Shown: piece after piece, positions 41,222 through 54,562 of the stretch | Layout: the number at the start of each line of letters is the position of its first letter | Numbering within the stretch: the first letter of the stretch is position 1 | NCBI GenBank assembly: GCA_051362555.1 | Contig: CM120641.1 | Coordinates: 21,948,001 to 22,012,000, forward strand | Reading direction: 5' to 3' | From: Lingula anatina | Taxonomy: Eukaryota > Animalia > Brachiopoda | Length of the DNA: 64,000 nt | Notes under the pieces: model-generated | The model's input: the letters and a program-made list of their open reading frames with translations, nothing else | The model's database searches: none | Told to the model about the DNA's origin: nothing | Translations under genes and position numbers: made by a program

Positions 41222-42227
41222 TAAATAACTTTTTATTTCGCCGATAACGCGTTCAACAAGAGCCGATGTACTTTCTTCCTCGTATGTCTCTGCTGATCTT
41301 GATAATATGAGCCCCGTTTGTACAAATCAGTAATACGTATACGGGACTGAATACATAATAACAAAAATTTTATTAACGTCTCACGTTAAAAAAAAATAGA
41401 ACCCACCCTGCTAAGGGTTATTAGGCTTCGTTCACATGGAATGTCTATTTTCTAAAAATCTATTTTCTATTCGCGCTATCTTATGATCACGGTCTGTGCC
41501 CTGAATATCCCGCCGCGTAATTACTGGCAGCGCGAGCCAGTTACTTATAGTAACTTATAGTAACTGGCTCGCGCTGCCAAGAATTACCGTGATCATAAGA
41601 CATACCGCGAATAGAAAATAGAATTTAGAAAATAGACATTGCATGTGAATGAAGCCTAAGAGACTAAAACCTGTGATGGGCCTACAACATTTAAAATGAT
41701 CACTTATCAATAAAACACACACAAAAAGGATATTACATACAAAACTTTTCAAACCTTCTCTTTGTTGTTACACAAAAAGTCGTGAAAGTTCTTGAATTGT
41801 TTGTAAGTAGAATCCCCGTGTAAAACTTCACAGCTTTTACTTTCTTTTTCCATAATCTCATGCTTGAAGTCTTTTCTTAATTTTTATTCTTCAATTTTTT
41901 CTTCAAATCTTTATAATGTTTTTTTTCTCGCATTTTTTACCCCCGAGTTCTATTTGCCAATAGTTCGTTATATCCGTTGTTTAACTAAGCATTTCTGTTT
42001 TCTATTAAAGCACCGTTGATCTCCTAATATTATAGTTTTTCTTCCCGCCTTCGAAATGTTCAGCGCAAACGCGGTGCCCTGCTTTTGAGCCAAACCTGCT
42101 ATATTTTCCTTTCTTTCTACCATATTTTTCATTCTAACGGGTTTGTTGGGAACTTATTAAACCTCATGTGTCGATCTCGCTTACTGTTATTGTAGTAGCG
42201 GGACAAAAAGCACGTAAACCCAGCCAT
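41222..42227 (-). pseudogene. Fragmented THAP-domain DDE transposase
   Basis: From ATG 42227: MAGFTC..YNNSKRDRHMRFNKFPTNPLE*KIW / GHRVCAEHFEGGKKNY (THAP); VKAVKFYTG..TYKQFKNFHDFL near 41.8 kb; LVERVIGEIKSYL at 41260-41222; stops, frameshifts and internal deletion. Confidence 0.75.
41424..41656. mobile_element. PIF/Harbinger (Tourist-like) foldback MITE nested in the larger transposon
   Basis: GGCTTCGTTCACATG ... CATGTGAATGAAGCC with TTA/TAA flanks; almost entirely palindromic. Confidence 0.88.
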
Positions 42228-44778
42228 GGTTTTTAGCACCGCTGTAAGTGTTTCGACGTAGCAGGGCTCCCCTACCCACAATGCAATTTCAATTTCCGGA
42301 AAAGATGAAAAAGGCTAATTCCCTCACCTGTCATCACTTTACCTGTTCTGCCTCAGAAGGCTTGGAGAAAAAATGGTCGCAAAATTGATAGCAGTATCAT
42401 TAGATGATGCTCACTAGTAATTTATGTACAATAATGTACCTCCATGAAGTTAGAACACCTGAAAGCTGGTCTGTGTAGTCTGTATATATCTATGTGTATA
42501 ATGACATGTCAAAACAGCCCATCAAACACAGTTTAATATTACAGAAAAATGAATGCATTGATATATGGGGGCATTCACATCAAGAGTAGATGGATGAATT
42601 TTGTTCTACAATCTCTTGGTTTACACCGCCCTGTTTCTTAAACTTCCATTAAAGTCTGGATAAATTGCTTGATATTGGTTCATTTAAATATGTATATTTT
42701 TACGAGGATCAGATATAACTATCACAAGAAGAATGTAATATTTTACAAAGTTCATTGAATACTCTTGGGATGTTTTTGCCATCCGAGTTTGTCTCCACAA
42801 AATCCTTCTAACCTCACATTCCCATAGAGTCAAGGGCATTTGTCAAGTGCCTGACAAATTACAACAGAACAAGCCACATGTCCCATGAGAAGGGAGATAT
42901 CCCAAGTGATTTTAATGAAATAATAGTCTAAGATTTCTTGTCATGTTTTCATTAAAGTTGTTAAGATTTTCTTCCATTTTTCGATGAATACATAGATCAC
43001 CCACCACCTGTCTCTTCCATTCTAAATACTGCTGGGCAAAATGACCAATTTGCAAGTCCATTTAATTATTCTAGCCCCTCAGGGAACTTCCCCCTTGGAA
43101 CAAAGTCTGCCTCAGAAATTAAGTCATTTCCTTAATCTCTGTTGGGCAAATAATGCTGATGATTTCCAATCTGGAAGCTCTTGTCGATGGAAATTGTCCA
43201 TTAAAGGTGAACTTTGCCAAATAGGCTAAAAGCTTTTTTGAACAGACATTTGATTGGATTTGTTTTCTGTCTTCTAAGGAAGGTTAATGTTACTCTTTAG
43301 ACATGGGGGCTGTTTAACAAAAGAGCTAGAGCACCAAAACTGATCTAAACTTTTGGACCAATGTTTTTCCCATTTTAAAATGATAAATTGGTGGTAGTTA
43401 CTACATGTAGCAGTCCAATGAAATGAAATAGAGTATCTGTTTTATTATAAAAGATACATTGCCAGTGTTACACACAATTAATTTATTGAAGTAGAGTACT
43501 TTGGGTTTGTTTTGAACTGAAGTACGTAAACCCAATTTTGTAAAACTGTCACATGGGCACTTAGACTTCTTAGACCAAAGAGGTGTATCTTTTGTGCAAT
43601 AACTGTAAAGTAAGAGTAGATGAAATCGTGTTATTGTGACTTTTTTCTCTATGGAATAAGTTTTTGTTAAAGGTGGCAGGACATACATGCCATTTGACTG
43701 TTATCACTCTAGATTGATATTGAGATCCTTAATGGCGTAGTCTGACAGAGAATGTATTATGACCATACACGGCCCTCTCTCAAGAGACCAGGGATAATGA
43801 ATTAATTGCCCAGTACCTTCAGATCAAAAATAGTTGAGTATATTTATGCAGAAAAAAATGAGCTGGTTGATTTACATAAAATATTGCTAATGGGATGGCA
43901 TGTCACAGGAGATTGAAAAAGTATAATGGAAATATGAATTTTGGATTGGAAAAAATTGATTATTCTCTCATATTCATTAAAGCTGTCTTTGGGCTAGAAG
44001 AAAAAACACTGTGAAGCAAAATATTGCACTATTTCATGAATTGATAAAAGTTCCTGGACCATTAAAGATCAATACATCATTATACTAGATTAAGAATCAA
44101 CTTACATAAAGGCTAGATGTGTTCGAACTCATTTCTTTCTAAGCCAGTTGAAAGATTAGATGGAAATTTACCAACATATTATTAATAAGGAGAGTCATTT
44201 CATTGGAAAATACGGGAAATACTTGAGTTGACAAATAAGGACTAAAATAAATGGTAATATGAAACATCTCTACTTACAAAAGGAGTGAACAACATTACTG
44301 GGAAATCTTCCCACATCAATTATTTAGGATCTTTGTCTGTGCATTTGGATAATGCTTAATAATTTAGTGTAATCACAATTATCATAAAAGTTTTGCACAG
44401 TTTCATTAGCTGATTATTTCCAAGCTTTAGACCAGACAAAAGGCAGCACTGTGTTATTGTAATAGTGGTGTAGTCTACTATCTTTATCATGTATTATTCA
44501 TGAATGTTAGCTTTCAAAGACATTAAGGTTACTAGGATATTTCTCAGTAATATGTCTGCGTTGTAGTAAGTAGCTGATAAATCATGGAGATATGAAAGGA
44601 GAAAAGTTACTGGATAGTACTGATAGCAATTTCTCATTCAACGTCTTATGGAAATGATGAATTTGACCTCTGTTTCCAAGTGCAGATATGACATAATGGA
44701 GTACTTTTCCCCTTGTCACATCATTTTTGTTTCTCAAAAGAAATGATAATAATAATAAGAAGAAGAATTATTACATAT

Positions 44779-44806
44779 ATGATGATGATGATGATGATGA
44801 TGATGA
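44779..44806. repeat. (ATG)n microsatellite, preceded by short (TAA)n and (GAA)n runs
   Basis: About 9 ATG units, ~120 bp upstream of the RRM2 exon. Confidence 0.93.
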
Positions 44807-44924
44807 CTGAAATAAATATCTACCTGTATTACCTATGTTAAAACCCAAGCCCAAATAACTGAAGAACCATATAGTGTAATAAGTTTTCTCTTTGCCAACA
44901 TCCTTTTGTTCATTTCCTTTACAG

Positions 44925-45053
44925 AAGACAGAAAACTGTTTGTGGGCATGCTCAATAAACAACAGACAGAAGAAGATGTCCGACAGTTGTTTCAGCCATT
45001 TGGGACGATTGAAGAATGCACCATACTAAGAGACCAAAATGGAAACAGTAAAG
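44925..45053 (+). CDS. CELF4: CELF exon (129 nt), RRM2 first half: [43 protein letters not shown]
   Basis: Polypyrimidine tract plus acAG, AAG|GTTAGT donor; RNP2 motif LFVGML; phase 1 to 1. Confidence 0.97.
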
Positions 45054-48041
45054 GTTAGTATTTAATATTAAAAAATAATAATTTGGAGTATGTGCACCCT
45101 AGTCATTAAACATGTTCCCAGTCAGGATCTAATCTTAAACCTTCCATAACTGTCTGCTTATTGAGCAGTGGGTTACTCTTACTTCTTGAGATTATAGAGA
45201 TGTGTTCTGAACTATTGTAGTAAATAAGTAATTAGTACATTTTATTTGTTGCTTCTGCTAAAGATAAACTTGCGGTTATCTTTGCCTGAATTATTGAACA
45301 CCACCATATGTATTCTTTTGTAATTTATTTGTTGATATTAAAACAGTGATATGTTGCTGAAATATGAATCACTTTCATTTGCAAACTGAAAGAAATTAAT
45401 TCAATAATATGAATACCTATATGTCACATTGTAGAACTCTACCAATATTTCAGCTTTCATTGTACAACTTTTTAAAACTTTTTTTTTTTTTTTTTTTTTG
45501 CATTCAAATTTTGAGTAATTGCCCTCCTAAATTAAAAAGTCAGAAATCCCACTAGTCCATAAAGCATTTCGATTCCTATGTATTAATGCATTCACAAACC
45601 AAATATACTAGTGTAAATTGGATTACTAACTTTTGGATATAGATGAGACTTGTTTAATACCTTATTATGAAGACAAAGTGATGCCTGTATATTCCCCCTC
45701 TTCCATTAAGTTTTGTTTTCCCAGTGGATTCTGCCAACTGAGCAGAGTTATGTGTTCTCTAGATCATGGTCATTTTTTCATTATATTGTATATGCATTCT
45801 TATTGACTTTGACTAGGCGTGGGGAGGCAGAGAGTCCTGTTGCATGATTTGTTAGATTTTTCAGATTTGTTAAGCATTGTGTCAGATCTGTTTTCCTGCA
45901 AAATCTTCTTTTGTAGTTATGAACAGAAATTAATTTTTTCTTAATTTTCTCAAAATAAAATTTGAAAAAAAAAACATAAATAAAATGAATTGATATTCAT
46001 TTCAAGAAAAAAATAGATAACTAAGGAATATTATTATTATTATCATTATGCACTGTTCTTGGTGGTTTATTTTAAATGTGAAATAAGTCATCCAAACAAT
46101 TTTCAATAAAAGTTACAAATATTGCACTGACATTGCTAAATGCTGTAGTAATGAATTCTCCAGAGCTTGTCTGTCCAAATTATATTCCCTGGCAATAAAC
46201 CTATCTGGGGCAGTCATCACTCATTTATCCCCACCTTAGATTGCACAGCAGTGCACGCAATCGTAATCAAAATGAGTGCTTTTAGTAATTTCCATGTACT
46301 GAGATTCTAGAGTGTATGCATTAGCAATATGCACACTAATTATATTTTTTCATTTATGTCCATTATGAGAAGACATCATTCAAAGCATTCAAAGAGTATC
46401 ATCAATCAAAAGTTCTGCCCTGGGAATTCACATGCATAACAGCACTTAGACACTCCCTGATATTTCTAAATGGAAGTCTAAGAACTACTGCCTTTGCCAA
46501 GACATTTTGGCTGCTGGTCCTATTTCGAAATGTGCATTTTTCTTCTGGCAAGTTTTCATGCAGGTAGACAATTTTTTGGATGAATGTATTCTAAATGTTT
46601 ACCACAAGTTGGAAATTTCAGACCACTCCATAGTAATTTCTCTTATGTGGCACTGATTTTGCCATTATGTTATAATGCAGCTTTTCCTCAAAAGAGTTAA
46701 CTCGGTATTGTTTATTTATTTATTTGTACTTTGTTTACGTTGTTACAGAGGGGGAAATAAGCAAATAAAAGGGTGTGAATCTAGCTTAGTGCTTTTTTGG
46801 TCCAATCTCACTTTTTGAAATATTTTAAGTCTGAAGGAATAAAGTGATTTGAAACTCAGGGACTACTCTTTGGTTTAAAAGATCCATCTATTAATCATAT
46901 TTGGGACAATTTCTGTCTCAAATTTATGACTGATGTTCCTTTTATAGTAAAACCGAAGATACACCAATTTGTGGGAAGCTAGAAAAGAAAAGCCCAAAGG
47001 AGGCATTTCAAAGTAAAATGTATGGCTTGCTGGTTGGGTGTGGTCTATATTCAGGTTATACAAATAGGTATACATCTTTAATAGTGCACCACATTTTGCC
47101 AGCTCATGTGGGTTTACATTGTGAATATTATACAGTTTCATATAATGTAAAGTAAATGCCAGTAATAGCATTAATGGAAAGAATATAAGATTTTATGCAT
47201 TAATTTAATGAGGATTTCTCTATAGCCATTGAAGACATCTTTAGCAAATAAAGTTTTTCCTGATTGATATCATTTATAATTAATTTTGAAAGTCTGTCAG
47301 CACACTAGTTCTGTGCATCTAATGTATTGGAACTAGTGATTTAATTTTAAGTCATAATGTACCTGTATGGTGAATTAAATATTGACCTTTACAAGGTGAC
47401 ACTATTCTTCCTAAGCAGCTGTAGCATCATCCATATTACACTTCATAAAACATTAAGAACAGAATGGTGCATCATATAGAAAGCCGTTTCTGGTTCTTTA
47501 TCTAGTAGGAAACGGGCACGTGTTGGAGAGTTAAACTACGTCAGCCAAACTGGAGACTCAGTCCAAACAGGGTATATATTTCAAGATGAATTTTGCTTGG
47601 TCATGCATTGTATTATAGAGTTTATTTCAAAACCAAAAGTGTAGGGATTTGTGAGCCAAAATTTGTGATTTAGCTGTATAGCTATGCTAGGCATGCTGAA
47701 GGACTAAACTGCACAGATCTGAAATGCTAGATCTGACTTACTCAACGGGTTGAAATTGCACACAATAATATGTAAGAAAAAAAAAAGGTGTGCTGATTTA
47801 TGTGCAGGCAATATTTTTCAGTGGCAGCTCACAAGTAGATTATGCTGCTGTCATTTTAGCTCTTGTGAAATCCAATTTCTCTGTGTGCAATATGAAGCAT
47901 GTCCTATGGGCCTTGGTGCCACCGTACCACACCTAATACAGCGCTTGATGAGATTTGCATGCAAGCTCAAGCATCAATTTCCCTGGTGTGTTTGGTGGAG
48001 ATTTCAATATTCTAATGCTGGTTTCTCTGCTTTCTTTCTAG

Positions 48042-48121
48042 GATGTGCCTTTGTCAAGTATTCCTCTCATGCAGAAGCACAGGCAGCCATTAATGCATTA
48101 CATGGATCCCAGACCATGCCA
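48042..48121 (+). CDS. CELF4: CELF exon (80 nt), RRM2: [27 protein letters not shown]
   Basis: tttctttctAG acceptor, CCA|GTAAGT donor; completes RNP1 KGCAFVKY; phase 1 to 0. Confidence 0.97.
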
Positions 48122-51100
48122 GTAAGTTGTTGGACAATCACTTAATGTTCTTTATTATCATCATAACACATTCATCACAAGGTGTATGCAATAAGAGTGC
48201 AAAATTGCACATTTGGGACTTGATGCTGTCTTGGTGTACTGTTTATGTGTAAGAGTAAAAAAAGCCACCAGCATTCACCATTGATAAATTTGTGATATGG
48301 TGCAATTAGTTGATAAGTGTCTTTTACCTTATATGGTGAAAAGTAACCATTGCTGTTTCTGCATAGAGATTCTCAAGCATTATACTATGTAAGCTCAGTT
48401 TATTAAGTAAGCAGTAAAGGCTAAGAAGATAGAGTGCATTATTAATCACAGTTTTTAGAATGTCTGGTCCTAATGATTTCAGTGTACTGGTAATTTCTGG
48501 TGCTATATGATGTATCATGTGGAATTCATTGAAAAGACAATGGAATAAAGGAAGCAATATTCAGAAAAAAACATTGTTTGCCACAATGTATACACAGTTC
48601 ACTGATTCTTTGAACTATAATTGCTATTTAGGTAATACCAGGACCTCTACAAAAGGTTTCTAGCAACTGTGTGTAGTCTTTAGATCAGCTCGCTTCTAGT
48701 GCATTCAGCCAATTGTAGTTGACATCCAATCTCAACAGTCTTCTCAAATGGAGACTGCTATTGGTGATCCCCTTCCAGGGCTGCTATCTTGCAGTGTTGG
48801 GGGCCCTGTATCAGGATAACCTTGATGTTTTCACAACTATCCATGTTCTTGGCCATATTCTCAGTGTGTTTGGCCCTGAACATGAATGGGAGAAGATTTG
48901 TAGAGAATATTGTACTGCTGTTGTAGCATATGCAAATTTGCATCATCAAGTGGCGCGATAATGGTGTCAGCTTGCAGCAGATGAGGTCTCTCACCTTGAT
49001 GCAAAATTTGCATGACTTTGATGGGAATAATACATGTGGTTAATTTTGCTTTGTTTTTCCATTTTGTTTTTAGTATCAAGATACAGAAAATATATTTGGT
49101 AAAAAATGCTGCACAACCTGGTGATAGAATCAAAATATTTTTGTTCTTGTTCTTATTTGCCCTCTGTCCATTTTACCGGGCTCCTCCATTTTAGAATGTT
49201 TGTTATGCCAGATTTGTTCTCCTCTTGTGGTGCGTTTGTGTGTTGTTATTGGCAGATGTTGTCTTGTACATATACTCTAGTCACATGATGATCACTGTGA
49301 TTGTAGCGTCTTTACTTGTCATGTTAATGTTGTCAGGTACTTTAAGTTCATTTATAGTGTCATGTTAACATCAAAGACTAGCTGTGAACATTAGAAAATT
49401 CAATTTGTACAGTTAAATATATCTGTTCAAAGAGGTATAATACAGAAATCAGAAGAGTCTGTACAGTAATAGGATGTAGAGCCATGTTGCTAAATGTAGC
49501 ATATATTAAAACCTATAGTAATGTTAACGAATGAGCAGTAAAGCTATAGATGATATTCTCTCCTAATAGTATCCATATATTTCAAGAGCATTCATGATTA
49601 TATCATTTTAAAACTTTACACTAATATTTAAAGGAAATGTATAGGGTAGGAGGGTGCCAGCTTTATATCAGGTGCTGTGGGTGGGGTGTGATTGTGTTTG
49701 CCCCAATTGTGCTCAGATGTGAACAGGTCTGATTGCTGCCAAATATCAGTGCCTACAGCCCAAAGAGAGGCGGGTGGCTTGAAAGAAATTTTTAGTGAAT
49801 TTTGTATGTAAAAGATATCAGTCTAAGGCCGACTGCGTACAGTGGTCTTGATGGTTTAAATGGTTGATAATGACAAGTAAAGTGAATCTGCTGGTTTCAG
49901 AGCATCTGCTACTATAGGATGTCTATGTTGAGTTTAAACATTTCACTTTCTGTCAGATGACTCAGATGTGATCACCTTTGCTCACACATTTTTCTTGTGA
50001 AAGGATACATTGGTGATAAGTTGGGATATGTTTTTTGCTTAACCTTATGTTTTTAAGCTCATCTTGGAATTAGATACAGAGAATTGAGTGATGAATTTTA
50101 ATGGTGACAAAACGAGCAGAAAACATTATACTAGAAAAGGGTTGACAAAGTCATTTTGTTTGATTACGGATTTGACACTAAGGCACCAATCATTTAACTG
50201 CTGCTCAAATGTTTAGTAGCGTTACAGCCCAATGCATGCATTTGAAGGTTAAAATTGTAATTTATATTCATGCTCAGTTAGATTCTTGGGCGTCTCAGGA
50301 AAGGCAAATTTGAAATCAATGCCCTTTTGTCACACACATCATTAAGCCAAGTGCAATTACTCCCAAGCCACTGTTATGTGCAGCTTACATTCATCAGGAG
50401 ATATGCAGCCATTAGGGATAGGCTTTATGGGATAGCCCTCAAAATGGCTCCAGTTGTCATTACTGTGCTCCCAACTAGAAGAGATAAACTAGTAAAGTAT
50501 CTTACAGTGTTAGGAAGCAGCCAGGCTACAAGCAAGATCTAATGATTGCGTTGCCAAAATAATTACGTGATATTTCTAGTCATCATGCCACATCATCATG
50601 CATATGTGAATGCCTCCAATACACAAATATTCCTCTTCTGACATATTACTACAGACAGATGATGAAAGCACAGCTTAGTTCTCAAATTATGTCCACCGTT
50701 TGCTTCAGTTGGTGCCATAAAGCACATGATCTACTGACACTGGAGCAATAAATCAGTTGCACAATATCCTCTAAACGTCCATAAAGAAACTAAGCAGGTT
50801 TAATTGATTGGTATCATTAATAGCCACCAGGTCATACAATGGTTTTGTAATTTCCTTTAAGAATATATGAAATCTAGATGATTCAGCCCAAAGAAAAAAT
50901 AATTACTTTCAGCTTCAGTGAAATCAGGACAAACAAAAAATGATTGTATAAAGTGGTGTAGAAGGTACCATTACCCTGAATGAATATTCTGGCCAAGGGA
51001 CATATTACCAAGAGATTGGGAATATTGCTGGTGTTTTTGTAATTAGCGAAGTTTTGAAATGAGATTGATTTCTTGTGGAGTTATGAGCAAACTATTGACA

Positions 51101-52839
51101 AAAGTCTAAATGCAGAGAAGTTTTGCCACTTGAACCCCATTGAATTGGATTTATAGGGATAGTGTTCTGAAAGTGGGATTGAATCGTATTCCAAAATTAT
51201 CGACAAGAAAAGGTTTGGTTATGGAAATAATGCGTCTCCATGGAAATTAATTGTATTCTTGTCAACTGTGAGGTTTATTAATGTGCATATACCCAGAGCA
51301 GGCTGACATTTTTCAAACTTTCATTACATCTGCAGAACATATCTCTTTATTCCACGCAGATTTGGCGGTAATTGCATTTTGATAGATTGCTTTTGATATT
51401 CATCTCAATTTAATTGAAAGTGGTAGTATCGCTGCAACACAGCACTCTCATTAGAGCTGCTTCAGCATAGTAGACCTGACTAACCAAAGAGGAATGGATC
51501 CATCTCAATGTTCCAGTGCTTTTTTGTGTTTTCATTAGTGCGTATGGATATGATCAGCTCAGATGCTGTTTGTATTGTGGTGTTTTAACACTTTTCAAGC
51601 GTGAACTGTGCTGGCATATTAACTTGGTCTGACTGCTTGTGATGCCTGTTAACGCAATATTGGAAACTTGGCTATTGTTATTCTCCCACTGTAACCTTGG
51701 GTTCATATTCTGAAAGGTCAGAGGGAGTGTTACAGCAACTCTCAGGGGGGACATTCGATAGGCTCCTGGGATGATGAATTAAGAACAGTTTTCCCTATGA
51801 AATGAGCGTTTTGAGTCATTTTTATTCAAATGAGTTGCAGTGGATAGTGAACAGTTCCACTCCGGTTGCCTGAAATCTGAACAGTTTCACTTCTTCATTT
51901 TACCAGAGGACACCTTCCTGCCAAGACCTTAACTGCTGCACTGAGCTTTTTTTCCATTAATATACAAAAGATCTGGTTCTTTGTTTGAACCACATCGATT
52001 AAGGGCCAGGATTGATCACCCTATTTGTGCAAGATCTGACAAAGGCTTTCTCTATTAATCTTGGATCAGCAATTTGAATTAAAACATTTGGACGAAACAG
52101 ACAGAGAAAAACGTTGATGGCTAGATCAGAATATGGGCAACTCAGATCAGGACAACAGTAGTACCACGGCAACTAAACCTGCAGAAAAAACTACTGAGTC
52201 TACTACAAAAACTACAGAAAAGGTTTGTAGGGTCATGTACTGACTCAGGAAGGAACTCCTGGATTCAGCAGGTGTTCAAGTTTGACATGTTTTTAGGGAA
52301 GGTTTGAGTTTTTTTTTCTGCATAGGAAGTGTTGAAGTTTTAGTTCCAAAGTTTTATCCCAGAATGGGTATCTAGAACTTCTACTTATGTTATTATGTCT
52401 GTATGGTTGGTTTCTAGAAACTTACCATGATTTTTAGATATTTCTCTGGTAGGATTGCTTTATCACTTATAAGAAATTTACACAAATATGAATCAGAGCA
52501 CTGCGATTGTTAGGTCTTGTGTAAGAAATGAAGAGTTGAGATATAGACATAATATGGATAATTAGATTTTGGATTTTTAGAAGATTGTTTTTTTCATCTT
52601 TGCCATAAAATTTCAATCATGTTTGTAATTAGGGGAAATTCACATTTGTTACCAATGACAGTATCAGCAGAAAGCATGTCAGAAGATACCAGAGTGGGAG
52701 AACCTGTCTTGTGGCAAGATCTTTATGTCATTTCTAAAGCTGATTATCAAGATCAGCCAGTTTGAGTGTACAGTAAGATTTCAATTCCCATGTATATTGA
52801 TCCAGTGAAAGATGGCCATGTTCTCCTTTGATGTTCCAG

Positions 52840-52983
52840 GGTGCATCCTCCAGTATTGTTGTGAAATTTGCAGACACGGAGAAGGAACGGCAACTACGTA
52901 AAATGCAGCAGATGGCAGGAAACTTGGGGTTGCTGAACCCTTTCGCTCTCACACATGCGTACGGGGCTTATTCACAAGTGAAC
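52840..52983 (+). CDS. CELF4: CELF exon (144 nt), end of RRM2 and start of linker: [48 protein letters not shown]
   Basis: ttccAG acceptor, AAC|GTAAGT donor; conserved [11 protein letters not shown]; phase 0 to 0. Confidence 0.96.
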
Positions 52984-54420
52984 GTAAGTGCACTCTGTAT
53001 TTCTCTCTCTGTTTTAATTAAGCTGTTGGTTTAATTTATTTTTTTATTTTTTTTTGTAGATGGTAAATTTAAAAGCTTTATTCAAGATAATTCTTCCTAA
53101 ATTGCATTATTTTTCTTTTTTATTGATAGAAAAATATACCATTATACTGAAAGTCATTCCTTTTCACTTCTCTTAGAAAATGTAAAAAATTAGTAGACAG
53201 TATATTTGTAATAACTTTAATTTCATTTTTTGTTTTATTTAATCAATGGGTTTTGGACAAATGCCAAAATGCTTACTGCTGTGGCTGATTCAATACAGAC
53301 TGAAAATGAGAAATTGATTATTTTTGCTCCAGTATGTGACAAGCTTTGAGTTCTGGAATAACAACACATCTACTTGAACTTAAAAACTCTGGAACAAAAT
53401 TGCGTTATATTACTCAAGGTGCTGTTCCAAAGGAAAAAAAAACAGTGCTTGTGGACATCATAAAATCCTTTGATCTGTTGTGAAATGTATAAGGATATGC
53501 TAATATATTAATAGAATCCATTCTGGTACCATCAGTTTTCCTGTAAAGTACAACATACAGAAAACTTTATATATAAATGTGGACTACAAATGATAAGGTT
53601 GATATAGATTTTCACTGCCTTGGCCAACAAGCTCCAGTTCAGAAATTTTCATGTAATTTTTGCTCTAAATCCCCCTCGACACAGAGTTCTGTTAAACTTC
53701 CTGACAGTGTTGGAATTGGATTTAGTGTTCTGTACACTCCCAAACTACCACTTATTGGCAGGGGGATGGCAGATGACATAGATTGTCAAATTTGAAAGGA
53801 AAAGTTAATTAGTTTGTTAGTGATTTTTGCTTTGTTTAGTGGCATCTAATTGTGGCAGCCCTGTCAGTGGAATGGCTCAATTTGTAGTCAGTAATTTCTC
53901 ATCAGCTTCTCTGCCCTTTCATGTAGATAAATGCTTAGCTTAATGTCAGACATAATTTTTCTATACATGTGGCATTTAAGGAATATTTTTTTACATTCCA
54001 AAAAGAAAATCAGTTTGTTTCAGAAGAATTTTTGTTTAAATTTTTGTTCATTCATTTGTGCTGCTGAACAAATTTGACAAGGCAGTTAATGAAATCATTC
54101 AGCTTCCTATTGCATCTCTTTTATCTGAGCAAGTGGGATGAGAGAGATATCCCAACCCAGCAAATTATACATATGGAAATACATCAAGGTCTGTGTTATC
54201 TGCAGCATATTTCCCTCATGCAATTCTTTTGAGTGGAGTCTAATTGGAGGGAGTGGAGAGTGGAGATAGCAGTCAGTCTTTGTTGAATCCTCTGATGCTC
54301 ATAGGAGCCAGCTAATGGAAACATCAATAATTTGCCACTTCAGACAGAATAATTTGAAATTCATGCCTTTGGAAACCAGAATACATTTCCATTTTTCAAC
54401 CAAGGTTACTGTTGTTTTAG

Positions 54421-54562
54421 CTAATGCAGCAGCAAGCGGCGATCATGGCTGCAGCAGCAGCACAGGGCAGTGCATACATTAATCCTGTCACATCGTTGAC
54501 ACACCTGGGCCAAGTGGGAACATTACCAAATGGGATCTCTCCGCAGGCAATGGCACAAGCAG
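54421..54562 (+). CDS. CELF4: CELF exon (142 nt), divergent linker: LMQQQAAIMAAAAAQGSAYINPVTSLTHLGQVGTLPNGISPQAMAQA
   Basis: ttttAG acceptor, CAG|GTAAAT donor; LMQQQAAxMA and YINP motifs typical of the CELF3-6 linker; phase 0 to 1. Confidence 0.93.

Larger units (their letters stand above)
39943..42317 (-). mobile_element. Decayed ISL2EU-like (PIF/Harbinger-related) DNA transposon, ~2.4 kb
   Basis: ~26-bp TIRs (taacctttttcatcttttgcggaaat / atttccggaaaagatgaaaaaggcta) flanked by AT; minus-strand THAP, FYTG and VERxIG transposase remnants; CpG-rich relative to host intron. Confidence 0.8.

Noticed and set aside
47750-48145. 131-aa ORF as a stand-alone gene or extended exon
   Set aside because: Only 48042-48121 is CELF-like and bounded by splice sites. 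The same applies to the flanks of the ORFs at 52828, 56921, 57909 and 60338.
51765-51885. ATGATGA ... CTGA as a possible C/D box snoRNA
   Set aside because: No terminal stem or recognisable rRNA antisense element; such motifs are frequent by chance.
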